A DNA stretch of 63,984 bases, filler included, from Perkinsus olseni (Eukaryota): the NCBI GenBank assembly GCA_013115125.1. It is 5 parts of 5 records of this genome, joined end to end, with 100 filler letters (N's around TTAATTAATTAA, not from the genome) between each part and the next. Parts side by side here need not be neighbours in the genome. Positions count along the whole stretch, not along the records: positions 41,280 to 54,900 come from JABANN010000753.1; positions 55,001 to 63,984 come from JABANN010000936.1; 3 more parts are not named here. One strand, written 5' to 3'. The position numbers and the translations under genes were made by a program. The notes under the pieces were generated by a model that was given only the letters and a program-made list of their open reading frames with translations, was not told the origin of the DNA and ran no database searches. Positions within the stretch are counted from its first letter, which is position 1. Every line of letters starts with the position of its first letter. This document shows, one piece after another, positions 51,425 to 63,984 of the stretch.

Positions 51425-53573
51425 TTAAGCGGAAGACTCTCTGCAATACTTCGTTGCATCAGTAATAGCACAAGAAGAGGGATCCCAAAGTAGTTCTTCC
51501 TCCTCCGATACCCTACCCCGTCTTGCCTCCGCGAGGACGGATCGTATATGCTCCTCCATAGCGGGTGTGAAACAACTAAGTTGGTCTTCGTCGTTGACCC
51601 CGGAGTCTGATATATCAGAACGTTTCGAGTCACAGCAGGACAATAACGAATACCGAAACTCACTGGCGAGGCTCGACAGTCTCTGAAAGCAATAATGTGC
51701 ATCCTGAATGACTCCCTGAAAGGAGTCAGGATAACAACCAGTTCCACCAGCTAGGCTTCTCAGAAACGCATGGCAAGGGAAGCAGCTACTAGAACGACAA
51801 CCGACACTCGATCAGCAACCTTTGCCATACCTTCTGCCAACCTGTGTGGAACCACTTGGAGAACCTCGTTTTCTTGAACAACGATGGAGCTATCTCGTGG
51901 AGCTCCGAAACAACACCGCAAGATGCATTGGCCGAAAGTTTATTCACCAGGTGCATCCATGGAACGAACTCAGCGAGGGAGGGCCGACCCAACAGAAGCG
52001 ACATCTCAACAACTGTAGAACAAGATAAAACGCTCTCCCTTCGTAGACTCTCGGGAAAAGCGGGCTCCATGCAAGGATTCGTCGGAATCACAGATAACTC
52101 CCAAAGGTTCCTCCACCGACATCCGCTTGCTATGCAATGCATAGTATGCATGAACACAACACACCTGTACGAGAAACTCTGTTCGCCAACACATGAAGCA
52201 GTTGACTCCAAACGGTCTCCGAAGTTTCGGACGTTCGTCACCATTGAGAGTATACTCCACCAGTTGTGATTACTCCGTTGGCGTCAGCTATCCGCCAAGG
52301 GTTGGCTTCCCCCGATACAGGCTTCATTCGGGGTACCCCTGGAGGCAGCGTGTCGTCAGATATTTGCTGAACGCCTTCCGCCCTGAAATCCACGTCATGG
52401 TGCCCTTCCCGATCACCCAACAGCACTGCTTACTCGAGTGCACACTCAAAGGCGAAGGAGTGCGATGCCAGACCCTTCCCCGATAACGTCCGGTGGTCAA
52501 CAAAGTCCCGCGAGCCAAACACCTACGAGTCGTAGGCTACGACCCAACGCCGTGGCAGGACGTGACTGAGGATCCGTGCCTACCTTCTCGCCATTGCGGC
52601 CCTCAACCCAATAAGTCTGTCGGACGTTCGCTATCATATGGACACGCAGTGCCAAACCTACACCCGTCACCATGAGCGTCACCGCTCTCATCACCCTCCC
52701 TACCCTTAGCCCGCGCCAGCTGCATGAGCTCAGTATGACTACTAACAGGTTCTGTGGACAATCGAAAGGAGTCCTCGAAGGGGTAGTAGCCTCGGTGGCC
52801 GACTCCTGAGGTTGCTGCTCTTAGGACGACCCAAGATGACGCCTCCCACCCGGCTCAGTCGTCCCAGCAATATAGTACGCTCTGTCCACCCTCGCCGCCG
52901 GTATGGAGTAGAACTCCAGTTGATGATAGATGTCACCTTATGTATCGACATGACCAGTCAGCCCGCCATCGTGTCGGCCACCTCTCTCCGCTGCCTCCAT
53001 GACCCTTCGGACATGCTCTCGCATTGGATCCGTTACTGGTAACGCTGATAAAGTCGGCTCCGCGCGGAGCATATCTGACACCACGAGGACGAAGAAGAAT
53101 TACGCTACACAGTCACCGCCTTTCCAACGAAAACCACTCTACTCCCTACAGTACTGGCCGCTTGCAGCGGCGACGCACTGATTAGCTACAGCAATAAACT
53201 CCGATCAGCTACACTCCCTCAACGTCTAAACCGATCGGCTCTGTGCGTAGAGAAGGTTAGTACTCGAGGCCGCTGCGAGTTTCCGAAGCTGTTCCTCGGC
53301 CTGCCTCTGGAAGACCTAACACCACCAACGATGCTCTTGGCTACTCTGATGGAGCGCCATTACCCACTGCCAGCCTAGAGTGAGCCAACTGGTGAGAGGG
53401 CTCTTGCCGAATAGCCTCGGACACATCCTATGAGCATCCGCTATGACTTGCCGAGTATTGGTCTTCTTCCACAGTATATGCAAGAAGCCGTTGTAGTTGA
53501 TGGGCACATGGGTCCCTATTAGAAGTACTCCTGCTCCTGCCCCTTGGTTGAGGAGAGCAGCAGCAGAGGTCAT
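51425..53573 (-). CDS. Hypothetical multi-exon protein
   Basis: Chain of short ORFs joined by GT-AG introns (e.g. ..FGVNCFMCWRTEFLVQ/RMSVEEPLG..; ..WFHTGWQK/..). No family recognised. Confidence 0.45.
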
Positions 53574-53894
53574 GCACTCAATGCAAGGCCCCTCCTGCTA
53601 GGGTATTGTAATGCAATGACAGTTAGTACCCCCCCACTGCTTTACAATGGCATCACGATGTATACAACGGCGAAGTAAGTCTCCCTTCTCCACCGTATAA
53701 CGGCATAGCTTGGCTCGCGATGCGATTGCATGACAAGCAATGTTGTTCTTTGGCCGGACAATACATCTACCGAACCTTCCCTGACACTCACTGCATGCTA
53801 ATTGATAACGCAAGAGCCCTTCAGCCCTAAAGATAACGTCCTAAGACAGTCAGTCAAACCTATCTGGTAATATCGAGTATCCAAGATCTACCCC

Positions 53895-54900
53895 TTACCG
53901 GGCTCCAGGTCTGCGCACTCTATCGCAGAACTCTGAGAAGTTGAGGGTGATAACTATCCGCTCCTCCGGAATGCCCGCATCTCGCAGCGCATCGAACGTA
54001 TGGCCGGGTCCGCAGCCGTGAACTTCAACCTGAAGATGGTCTCAATGGACGGAATACTAGAACGACCAGACATGCTCTCCTCTACTTTTTCTCCCTACGT
54101 TGCGTGCACAAACGGTAGAACGATAAACACACGAGCACCTCTTCTTTGCCCTACCCTATCGACAAGGCCCTCCGACAACCTCAGTGCCTCGGCGTAAGCG
54201 GAGCCGCTCCCCCAGAAGATATGCGTAGCAGTCTTGAGATCACTGGGGCAGCTTTCGGGCGTGTACTTTGACTTCAAAGCGTAAGTACCGAGGGTCTCCT
54301 TCTGAGAATAATAACATCATCCGAGCCAATACTCAATAATCGGGAGCGAGCGTCTGACCGATTCGGCTTCTACGAAGATACTGCCGCAGCCACCACCCAA
54401 ACGGCTATAACGCTATCTTCGCCCGAGGGACCGACTCCCCCTGCCGCATTACGCAAGGCTCTCCATCAGGTACGGCGATGTGCTGCCGTTCACCAGCGTT
54501 ACAGTGCGTGACTTTAATCCACTTCTTGAGCCCTGGTGCGATTGAGGAGAGGTCCGGGTCCTCCTGTTCTCCGAGACCGTCCGCACTACCTGCCACAAAG
54601 CCAGTCCAGTCGGGAGGGAGTCAGCAGTGTCCTACCGGTGCACCACAGGCCTCGCTTGGCCAGCTGCCTCCAACTGGTGGTCCCTGCAACCCACACTGGG
54701 ATGTCGAGGTCATTGATATACTCGATGAGGCTGGGAGGGGAGGACGGTAGAGCCGATGCCTTCGCAATCCACAGACCCACCTAGTAGGAAGAACATCGAT
54801 AAGAAGAGAGCTAAGAATATGTTATGGCCATACAGGGTGTTCCAATTCGATATGCAAATCACAAAAATCAGTCTAATTCAGCACATACTACGTGTTTGAG
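53895..54900 (-). CDS. hemC: C-terminal part of a Leptospira-type porphobilinogen deaminase with uroporphyrinogen-III synthase-like extension (HemC/D), 5'-truncated, multi-exon
   Basis: GLWIAKASALP..VWVAGTTSWRQLAKRGLWCT/GSADGLGEQEDP..WIKVTH; LGTYAL; THIFWGSGSAY..AL; VHGCGPGHTFDAL follow the motif order recalled for the extended bacterial HemC C-terminus. Confidence 0.7.
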
Positions 54901-55000
54901 NNNNNNNNNNNNNNNNNNNNNNNNNNNNNNNNNNNNNNNNNNNNTTAATTAATTAANNNNNNNNNNNNNNNNNNNNNNNNNNNNNNNNNNNNNNNNNNNN
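54901..55000. other. Assembly spacer (N run with TTAATTAATTAA linker)
   Basis: Same 100-nt spacer. Confidence 0.98.
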
Positions 55001-55550
55001 CATCAATGGACTCAAGCACGAGGTGGATAAGCACCAACCGGTGTCAGAAAAACGAATAGAAATTTGCAACAAACTAGTTAATTTTTGAGAGTGAGGGATC
55101 TCGCTATGACTATACCGATCACTTTTATTATCGCTCCTCCATCTGCCGCTGCGATAACTACACAGTGTGGCGGTCTTCTTTCTGGAGAGATTTAGATTCA
55201 CCCCCTTGAAGGCCTCTCTGGGTTGTCCGGCAATAGCGAGTAAATTGACCTGCCCTGACACCAGGATCACTGGAAAGCGTGTTGGGCTTGATCGAGATAT
55301 GTTCCGATCTGGGCCGGGGGCCCTGGAGGAGCTTATCCGCTACGTTACCCGGAGCGGCGAGTTTAGCGGACTTGTGAGCTGGATCTGCTTCGTGACAGAG
55401 TACGCTGGCTTCAGAAAAGATTGCAGAGGACACGAGGATCCTCATGCGCGGATCTGCTTCATGTTGAACTACGTTCCGCCTTTCGGAGCCTGAACCTCGG
55501 ATAAGCATGCCGGGAGCATGCTAGAGCCACACTTTCACGAATCAGCATGC
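55001..55550 (+). mobile_element. Possible degenerate hAT transposase fragment with GATC-rich tail
   Basis: The contig start reads MDSSTRWIST (hAT 'TRWNST'-like), interrupted by stops and followed by GGATC-rich sequence. Confidence 0.3.
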
Positions 55551-55551
55551 T

Positions 55552-55800
55552 GACCGGATCGATGTCTAGACATCAGCTATAGTGAGGCTTTCCCATGCCT
55601 GGGCCCCTTAATAAGAGGCAGTTGAACACTGGGAAGCGAGGATTGTTCTGTACAGTGACAATTCGTAAAATTAAATGCATAGACGCTTGATCCGTGCAGG
55701 TTCCAGGCGTACAGTTTTGAGCCATAGACTAAAGACACGTACAGCATCCTTTTGCCCAACAACTGATTTCGTACCTGAGACTGTACGAGGCACACCAGGA
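55552..55800 (+). repeat. Third partial copy of the repeat at about 57343-57590 and 62681-62925
   Basis: Shared text GACCGGATCGATGTCTAGACATCAGCT..GTTCTGTACAGTGACAATTCGTA..CTGTACGAGGCACACCA. Confidence 0.9.
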
Positions 55801-58560
55801 TGGGCTCAATGTCATTGAGTCAATGGCGAAGGCGATACCACGCAATTTTTTGGTGCTAGTATAGTATAGGTGCTCCTATAGAGTTCCTCTCAGGTACGGA
55901 GGGTGAAACGAGCAAGTGTAGGGGATGAGTTCTTACTGTGTGTGTTTTTGCGCTGTGTTCGGGCGCGGGCATGATGAGCTGTGCCTCCGAACACACAAGA
56001 TGCGTTGGTTAATGGGTTGCTATTGAGGCTTCACGTCGAGGTGGTAGGACATTACGGGGCGTGTCCTCTTCTTTTCTCATCCCAACCCGCCCGTGTAGGA
56101 GAGGCCTGTTATCTTCATCTAGTGCTCGTCCTGGAGCGTCTAGCGTGAGATTACATGCCTGGCTCCAGTCAGCTCACTCTCTCATCCGAAGAATGGTGTC
56201 ACGGTGGAGCACCGTGTTCAGTATCGACAGGTGCTGGGTTCAAACCCAAGCCCTGTTATCTTCGTTTTGAGATCACTACGGTCGATAGCGATTCGCTGTC
56301 GTAAGCGAGCATGTCTGGACCCCTTTCCCAATCTCCTACACAGGCGACTTCACGAGGAGTATAAGTATAGGTGCTTGTTGGCGAACTAGAATGGGTTGAC
56401 TTCTCCGGTAAGCCAGTAGTCCTAGGTAGTAGAGAGAGACATCAACGTAGATCCAGTTGCGCTGGTTGACGACAATGTCGCGCTTCAGCACTGTCTAATC
56501 AGATTGTCAAGATCGAAGAGATGCTCTCAAATCAGACGACCGCCGCGCTCTACACCATTTCAATGCCTACTTAGTAGAACCCCAGAGCAATTTAATTTCA
56601 TGAAAGACCAATCAAGTAGAGCTCAACAAAGTCACAATCAAAGATGGAAACACTGACAATCGTCGGCCTACACGGAGTAAGCCTACCAAATGCTACAGAA
56701 CGCAAGGTAGCATACGTAGCCAAATTTAAACTTGAATGTCTTCCATAGATAAGTAACGAAGGTACAATGTTTGGACGTGATAGAAGCATTGTATACACAG
56801 ATGCATAGTAATCGCTTCGACACCTTTTCGGAACAGCATCTCACAGTGCTGCAGGCGGTATTCTGACTTCGTTCTACTGGCCCTTCCATTGCCCCATTTC
56901 TCGCGGAAGAGCAGCTTTTCCCACAACCCGCTTTCTCTCTTCGTCGCTTGTTTAGCAGCCGAAAAAGTGTCTCCTATAAGGTTGATGCTGAAAGAGTAGG
57001 GTGACAAGCGCAAGAGTCGAGTACCTGATAGGAAGCTGATAGACAAGCGACGGCCTGGCAATGACATACCTCTGCCATTGGATATAGCTTCTAACTCGGA
57101 GTGCGCCGCTGCGATGTCACCGACGAATACCAGATTACCGGATTTGACGGATTTCGTCAAATCCGCTGCCGGCATCAGCTGTTGAACCAGCATCTCTCCA
57201 ACAATCTCTGCACAGACACGGATGGATCTTGTGGTATCTCAAACCGGTCTAGATAATGAAGCTAAAGCAGTGGAAATTGAGTGCTTTGCTGGACCCTTCC
57301 TTCAGAACACCCCGCAAACCCTTGACCGACCTATCAGCAAGTCGACCGGATCGATGTCTAGACATCAGCTTTCATTAGGATTTCCCATGCCTACCCCTTA
57401 ATAAGAGGGAGTTGAACACTGGGCAGCGAGGATCGTTCTGTACAGTGACAATTCGTAGAATCCAATTTATAGACGCTTGATCTGTGCAGGTTCCAGACGT
57501 ACAGTTTTGAGCCCTAGACTAAAAACACGTACAGCATCCTCTTGCCCAACAACTGATTCCGTACTTGAGACTGTACGAGGCACACCAGCACATTCGTTAT
57601 GTACCTTGCGAGCAAATAATCCGATGTCGCGGACTGTGATACTAGGCGGAAAGCAGCTTCTCCGACGATGCCGACTACCAACCTATTCATAATCACGGAC
57701 AAACGGTCCCTTCCATGGCCATCAAAAACCTGCATTTCAGAAAATTGCAAAAATTTTCAAAAAAATTGCATTTAACAGCGTGATCCTCGACGAACCCCAA
57801 GCTCAAAACAGTTGGTGACCCTCCCACATCATCAGCGACTACCACATGCCCGACACTTGACTGCTATCTCCTTGAACTACAATCCAGCGCTACATTTATC
57901 AGAACCGATAGATAACAACTTCTCTAGCACGCACTACTGGCCATGAAAGCGTCGTCAATGTCACCAATCCTATCAATGCCTCCAGCATCTCCTGGTTCGA
58001 ACAACATGAACAACCTACAATCTACATGGACGTTGGTTCTTATACCTTCGACAACAGTCAGCACTACGCCATCATTCATCAGGTCTTATCATCACTTCAA
58101 GTGCATACATTCCGATAACTCAAGATGCTATTAGCGACAACCTGCAAACTATCCAAGCTGGACATCGCCTCTCACCAGTCGACTCCGGAGAATGTAATGG
58201 ACATCTTGGGCGACTGCATTGCAAAGGTGCTCATGAATTACGAATCTCTTTGTCGTGTACAGCGACAAAGCCAACAACATAAACACTCGCAACGCCGCCA
58301 ACTGGTCCACACTATGTCATTGTATGAGTTTGAATATCAATACTTCTCCTGAGAAGTAGGCGTTCGCATAGAATCCACTTGGGCTTACCAACCATCCCAC
58401 GTCTGGACACGACAAAAAGAAGGGTCTCGAAAAGAAGGGTCTAAGTGGTTCGGTGGGCTACCAATAGTACGTGAAGAGCACACCATAGGAAAGTGCGGTA
58501 TGGCCGGGTACATCAAAATGACCGAAACGTCTTCTTGTCAAGTTTCAAGTGCTGGGTTCT
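55801..58560 (+). mobile_element. Degenerate LTR-retrotransposon pol-like fragment, copy 1
   Basis: Aligns by eye with 61606-63765; many stops and frameshifts; remnants ..GHESVV.., FKCIHSDNS (integrase core-like) and KWFGGLPIV. Confidence 0.55.
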
Positions 58561-61500
58561 ACTCCACTATGAACTACAAGGCGTCGTCAGTTTCATATGT
58601 ACGAAGCATTACTGGTCGACTAAATTTCTTTCGAAAAGGTCGTGGCCGAATGAATCACAATGAGCATATCTTTGGATCAACCGCGCATAGACGAAATGAT
58701 CGTCTACGAAACCGGTCATGGATGAGAGAATGTTGACCGAAACAGACACTTTTTCGATGTACGAGAAGATTGTGGACGAACCGAAATTTGTACGAACCAA
58801 TTGACGTCTCTACCACTATGATCGCCTGCGAGGTCCATCAGTTCGACCGACCTGTCTTGCGTGGTCAGCTCCCGCTCACCATGTCCCAGCGTCACCTCAA
58901 CATTAACGCCCTGAAGTTGCTCAGTATCTACTATGCCCTCGTTCGCGTTCGTCTTATCGGACTCGATTTGAGAATGAACTTCTTTGACCTCAGCCTTTAG
59001 TGCGATTTTCTCACTGCAGTGGCCATCGCTCGTGACCGTCGTTTCCCAGCAGGACCCCACGAGGCTCTCACTCGTCAATACCTCGACCTCACTATCGTTG
59101 TAACTGGAACCACGCCGACGCTGTCACCCGCTCACCCTCTATCGACGACATCCTCCGTGTTCACGAGAGATAGGACATTCTCGCTCGCGACAATAAGTTC
59201 ATCCGCTCTTCATGCGGGTGGACTCCTGCTCGGAGCAGGCTGCTCCTGCTCGGGTGACACCATGCTTCTTTCACGTCGCTTGCAGCTACGCCCGGTCCCG
59301 CCCTCGTGGCCTACTCCGTTCGTAAACGCGATGAATCCTTCGGCGACAACAGCTTTGGCTGACGTGTTCGACTTCGACGCTAGGCACCTCGCACTTCGGC
59401 CTGATAATCATCTGCTGCCGCTACGGCAGGTCTTTCTCCAGGAGTCTTATGTCGCTCTTCCTCGTCGGCCTCACTGTCTGCTGGTAACTCTCAGTAGTGT
59501 CGGACGAGCTCAGAAGCCATCCTCAGGATACCGGAAAGCTCCTCAGAAAAATGGATTCACTCGGCTATACAGTGGTTCTTATAGATAAAGTACTGGTTTA
59601 GCTCTGAGCTTGACCTGGAGGAACTTGTTCAGCAAGGAGTAGACGAAGACAGGTCGTGCTCGTTTACGTCCTCGAACACAATAGCATGAGGTTGCAGTGT
59701 TGTTGAATTGCCCTTGCAGTTAAATTGGACTCGAGTATTACACAGGAAGTCAATGGACCGGAAATGCCAATGAATATCTGGCGAGCGAGATTGTGGGATC
59801 TTTGCCAGCGGAGGCTTGCAAGGTCACCACACTACAGGAGTTTGCGCGAGTCCGACGCCACACGTGGGTAGTTCAAACCAGTCGCTAATGCCTCCTATCA
59901 CTTCCAATAAAACCCTCCGTACTGGAAGGTTTTCACCCTCCATCAGCTGGATCGCGATTCCGTAGTCTGCGTCGTTCACGGCGTCTTCTTACGCAAATTG
60001 CGGCGAATTTATGCAGAAGTTATTCCGATAGCTACGATTGCTTGAGGGAGATTGAAACCTGTGCCACAGATTTGGAAAACCGCCGTCGTAACCAACTTGT
60101 CTGAAAAGCCATGCACAATCTCGAAGGCAAAAGGGTCCAATGCCCACGAGTACATATTGATGCCCGAGGACACCCCAAGCTCATCAAGCTCATCACCTCG
60201 CACTCAACGCCACAGACCTAGAGAGCCCAGAAGATAGTGCACAACTGGTAATTGACAAAAATTAGTCGGTTTAATAGAATCTGATGTCTTGCCAACGTGA
60301 AATTGGCTTAGTGGTTGGAGCGCTCGGTACCTAGCGGATCACCCGGGATCGACCCCAACAGGATGGTCGGTGGACGCAACAGAATACAATAACTAGAGAA
60401 GAGGAAGTGGAGACAGGTACAACAATTGTCATTGGGGAATTGTGATAGCTAAGCATCATGTTTCGTGGACGTAACAGAATACGCGCGGAGCGCGCGGAGC
60501 TGTGTGAAAATAGTTGAAAAGTACGAAAATACGGTGTACGAAATAATACTGTAAAGCTTCTTCCTAGTGTCCGTCGGCAACATCTCGAACCATGGGCAGA
60601 AGAGCGCACCAGCGGATCACTCAGAAAGGGGAGCGGACGACAGAGAGAGTCCGCAACCCGATCCCCCAACCCGAACCGGGCGGGAGGGCGGGTCCAAACG
60701 TGAACACGTCCAAGGTCGTTAGAGACCCAGGCCTGAACCCACCGCGGCCTTGTGACGCGGCGGGGGAGACGCGCCTAACGGGAGCACGCGAGCGCACAAC
60801 CTCCGCCCACTCCGAGCTTTACCTCGTTACACGCGTGTACCGACCAATACGAGTTTGAACTGTACGAGTGAGAGATGTACGACTTGACAAGTCGGACTTG
60901 TCACCGTACGTACTGTAGAGTGTACCACTGGATACTGTATAGATCGTCAGTGTACAGTTCATCAGTGTATGGGCTGAAAGTGTACCGCTGGATACTGTAC
61001 GAGTTATCAGTGTATGGCAAGCTGTGCGTGTGGAAACTATACGGATCTGTACGAATTTCATTTCTACGGAACGTCACTCTCCCCGATTCGGTGAACTCCC
61101 GTGAGTGTTTTGATCCACAAAGCAATGGGTTCGACCCGGTGAAAGAAAGGTGGAGCCGAGAGGAACAAATCTCCGAATCGACCTCGGAGCACAGAGGGTT
61201 CTTATTAAATCGGCTTGATGGTCAGCTCTTGTGCATGCCCTCGTGGCGGACCTTGTTGCCACCATTACTCCGCATGTTGAAGCCATTTTGAATCAATTTT
61301 CAGCGGAAGAGATAATTCATTGAGCTGAATGCCGCACTGTAGCCGGGAAAACCGTTGGCTAACGATGAGCGAATGTGAATGAGGTGATTTGCTCTATTAC
61401 GGGGACAAGCGCCGTGAAGGACAGCGGAGCGATGTAGTTGGTCATCCGTGATATCTTGTAGCTAGCGTTGGATCTCAGTAGACGGAACGCCTCTCAACGG

Positions 61501-61605
61501 TACGCAGAGGATACTCATTGAGAATTATAGATTTTACAACGCTGTCGGCGATGTAGATGGTGACTTAGCGGAAGTGGACACGGCGATCTATTTCAAAACT
61601 TCGGA

Positions 61606-63765
61606 TGGACTCAATGTCATTGAGTCCATGGCAAAGGCGATACCACGCAATTTTTTGGTGCTGCTATAGTATAGGTACTTCCCAGGAGTATAAGTATAGG
61701 TGCTTGTTGCCGGAGTAGAATGGGTTGATTGCTCCGGTAAGCCAGTAGTCCTAGGTAGTAGACAGAGGCATAACGTAGATCCAGTCGCGCTGTTGACGAC
61801 GATGTCGCGCTTCAGCACTGTCTTTTCAGATTGTCAAGATCGAAGAGATGCTCTACAATCAGACGGCCGCCGCGCTCTACACAATTTCAATACCTATTTA
61901 GTAGAACCCCAAAGCAATTTAGTGAAGCCCAGGTCAAGTCAGTAAAACCCCAAAGCAATTTAATTTTATGAAAGACCAGTCAATTATGGCTCAACAAAGT
62001 CACCAACGAAGATCAACAACAAGGAAACACTGACAATCGTCGGCCTACACGGAGTAAGCCCACGATATGCTACAAAAAGCAAGCTATCATGCATAGTCAG
62101 ATTTCAACTTGAATGTCTTCCATAGATAAGCAACAAAGGTACAGTGTTTGGACGTGATTGAAGCATCGTATAAACAGATGCATAGTAATCGCTTCGAGAC
62201 CTTTCCGGAACAGCATTTCACAGTACTGCAGGCGGTACTCTGACTCCGTTCTACTGGCCCTTCCATTGCCCCATTCTCTTCATCATCTCATCGTCGCTTG
62301 TTTAGCAACCGAAGAGGTGGCGCCGATAAGGTTGATGCTGGAAGAGTGGGGTGACGAGCGCAAGAGTCGAGTACTTGATAGGACGCTGATAGACAAGCGA
62401 CGCCCTGGCGATGACATACTCTGCCATTGGATACAGCTTCTAACACGGAGTGGGCCGGTGCGTTGTCACCGACGAATACCAGAGCCGTCAAATCCGCTGC
62501 CGGCATCAGTTGTTGGTCCAGCACTTTTCCAACAATCTCTGCACAGACATCTTTGGTGATGGATCTTGTGGTATCTCAAACCGGTAGAGGTGATGAAGCT
62601 AAAGCAGTGGAAATTGAGTCCTTCGCTGGATCCTTCCTTCAAAACACCCCGCAAATCCTTGACCGACATATCAGCATGTCGACCGGATCGATGTCTAGAC
62701 ATCAGCTTTCATGACGATTTCCCATGGCTGGGCCCCTTAATAAGAGGGAGTTGAACACTGGGCAGCGAGGATCGTTCTGTACAGTGACAATTCGTAGAAT
62801 TGGATTTATAAACGCTTGATCCGTGCAGGTTCCAGGCGTACAGTTTTGAGCCATGGACTAAAAACACGTACAGCATGCTCTTGCCCAACAACTGATTTCG
62901 TACTTGAGACTGTACGAGGCACACCAACACATTCGTTGTGTACCTTGCGAGCAAATAATCCGATGTCGCCGACTGTGATACTAGGCAAAGCTAGCCAACA
63001 AGCAACTCCTCCGACGATGCCGACTACCAACCTATCCATGATCACGCACAAACGGTCCCTTCCATGGCCATCAAGAACTTGCAGAACAGCGTGATCCTCG
63101 ACAAACTCCAAGCTCAGAACAGTTGGTGACCCTCCCACATCATCAGCGACTACCACATGCCCGACACTTGACTGCTCTCTCCTCGAACTAATACAATCCA
63201 GTGCTCCATTAAGCAGAACCGATAGATAACTCTTCTAGCACGCACATCACGACTATGGTCATGAAGGCGTCGTCACTGTCACCAATCTTATCAATGCCTC
63301 CAGCATCCCCTGGTTGGAACTACAATCTGCATAAACGTTGGTTCTTATACTTTCGACAACAGTCAGCACTACGCCATCACTCATCAAGTGTTATCATCAC
63401 TTCAAGTGCATACATTCCGACAACTCAAGATGCAAACTATCCAAGCTGGAGATCGCCTCTCACCAGTTGACTCCGGAGAACGTAATGGACAACTTGGGCG
63501 ACTGCATCGCGAAGGTCCTCATAAATTACGAATCTTAAATACGCGAGCTTGATTATCAATACTTCTCCTGAGAAGTACAGTAGGCGTTCGCATAGAATTC
63601 ACTTGGGCTTACCAAACATCTCGCGTCTAAATCGAAGAGAAGGGTCTAAGTGGTTCAGTGGGCTACCATCGGGACGTGAGGAGCATACCATAGGAAAGTG
63701 CGCTATAGCCGAGTACACAAAAATGACCAAAATATCTTCTTGTCGAGCTTTAAGTGCGCGACTTG
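61606..63765 (+). mobile_element. Degenerate LTR-retrotransposon pol-like fragment, copy 2
   Basis: Paralog of 55801-58560. DTASNTEWAGAL (RNase H-like), HAHHDYGHEGVVTVTNLI (integrase His motif), FKCIHSDNS and KWFSGLP occur in RH-IN order. Confidence 0.55.
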
Positions 63766-63984
63766 GATTTATGGGGAATCAGGTATGGTGAATTCAAGGA
63801 AAAAAATTTGGTTCACACTCGTGAAGACGAGGGAAAAAAGCCCGCCCAATTTGCGCGTTTCCAGATGGCGTGTACTCTATTGCGTTGCTACATACATCCT
63901 ATATGGTCTAACGCCTCAACGTGGAAAGGGGGTTATGCCAACCCACGGTCGGCTCTCGAGATGATGTCGCTCGCCCACTCGATG

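Noticed and set aside
51320..54900. Possible tRNA-targeted retrotransposon downstream of tRNA-Asn
   Set aside because: No RT or endonuclease motifs; the region resolves into spliced host genes, including the HemC/D C-terminus.

Overview
Eukaryotic, intron-rich, gene-dense DNA, most consistent with a Perkinsus-type alveolate (inferred from short 40-90 nt GT-AG introns, flagellar genes, an alveolate-type FHA protein and a HemC/D-type fusion; not proven). The window is five unrelated contigs joined by 100-nt N spacers containing an all-frame-stop TTAATTAATTAA linker. The three complete contigs are size-sorted (13651, 13643, 13621 nt), so adjacency across gaps is not biological. Contigs 1 and 3 are saturated with trinucleotide microsatellites. 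They encode a FAM210-like protein, an EF-hand Ca2+/cation exchanger, GRASP, IFT88 (antisense tRNA-Val in an intron), ZNHIT2, an FHA protein, an LRR protein, an androglobin-like calpain, a C..HGGG zinc-finger protein, NIF3 and a VIT1/CCC1-like transporter. Contigs 2 and 4 nearly lack these repeats. They encode ECT/PCYT2, RPN9, a RIX1/PELP1-like protein, an intronless secreted protein, PAM18/TIM14, an F-box-like protein, a calmodulin-like protein, a large ankyrin protein, tRNA-Asn and the 3' end of a Leptospira-type HemC(-HemD). Contig 5 is a graveyard of degenerate, duplicated transposon fragments. The best leads are the androglobin-like gene, orphan tRNA T-arm/B-box hairpins inside tiny spliceosomal introns, microsatellite-built splice acceptors, the HemC/D fusion and tRNA-headed inserts. 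All identifications come from motif recognition by eye; no searches were run, and exon boundaries are hand-derived.
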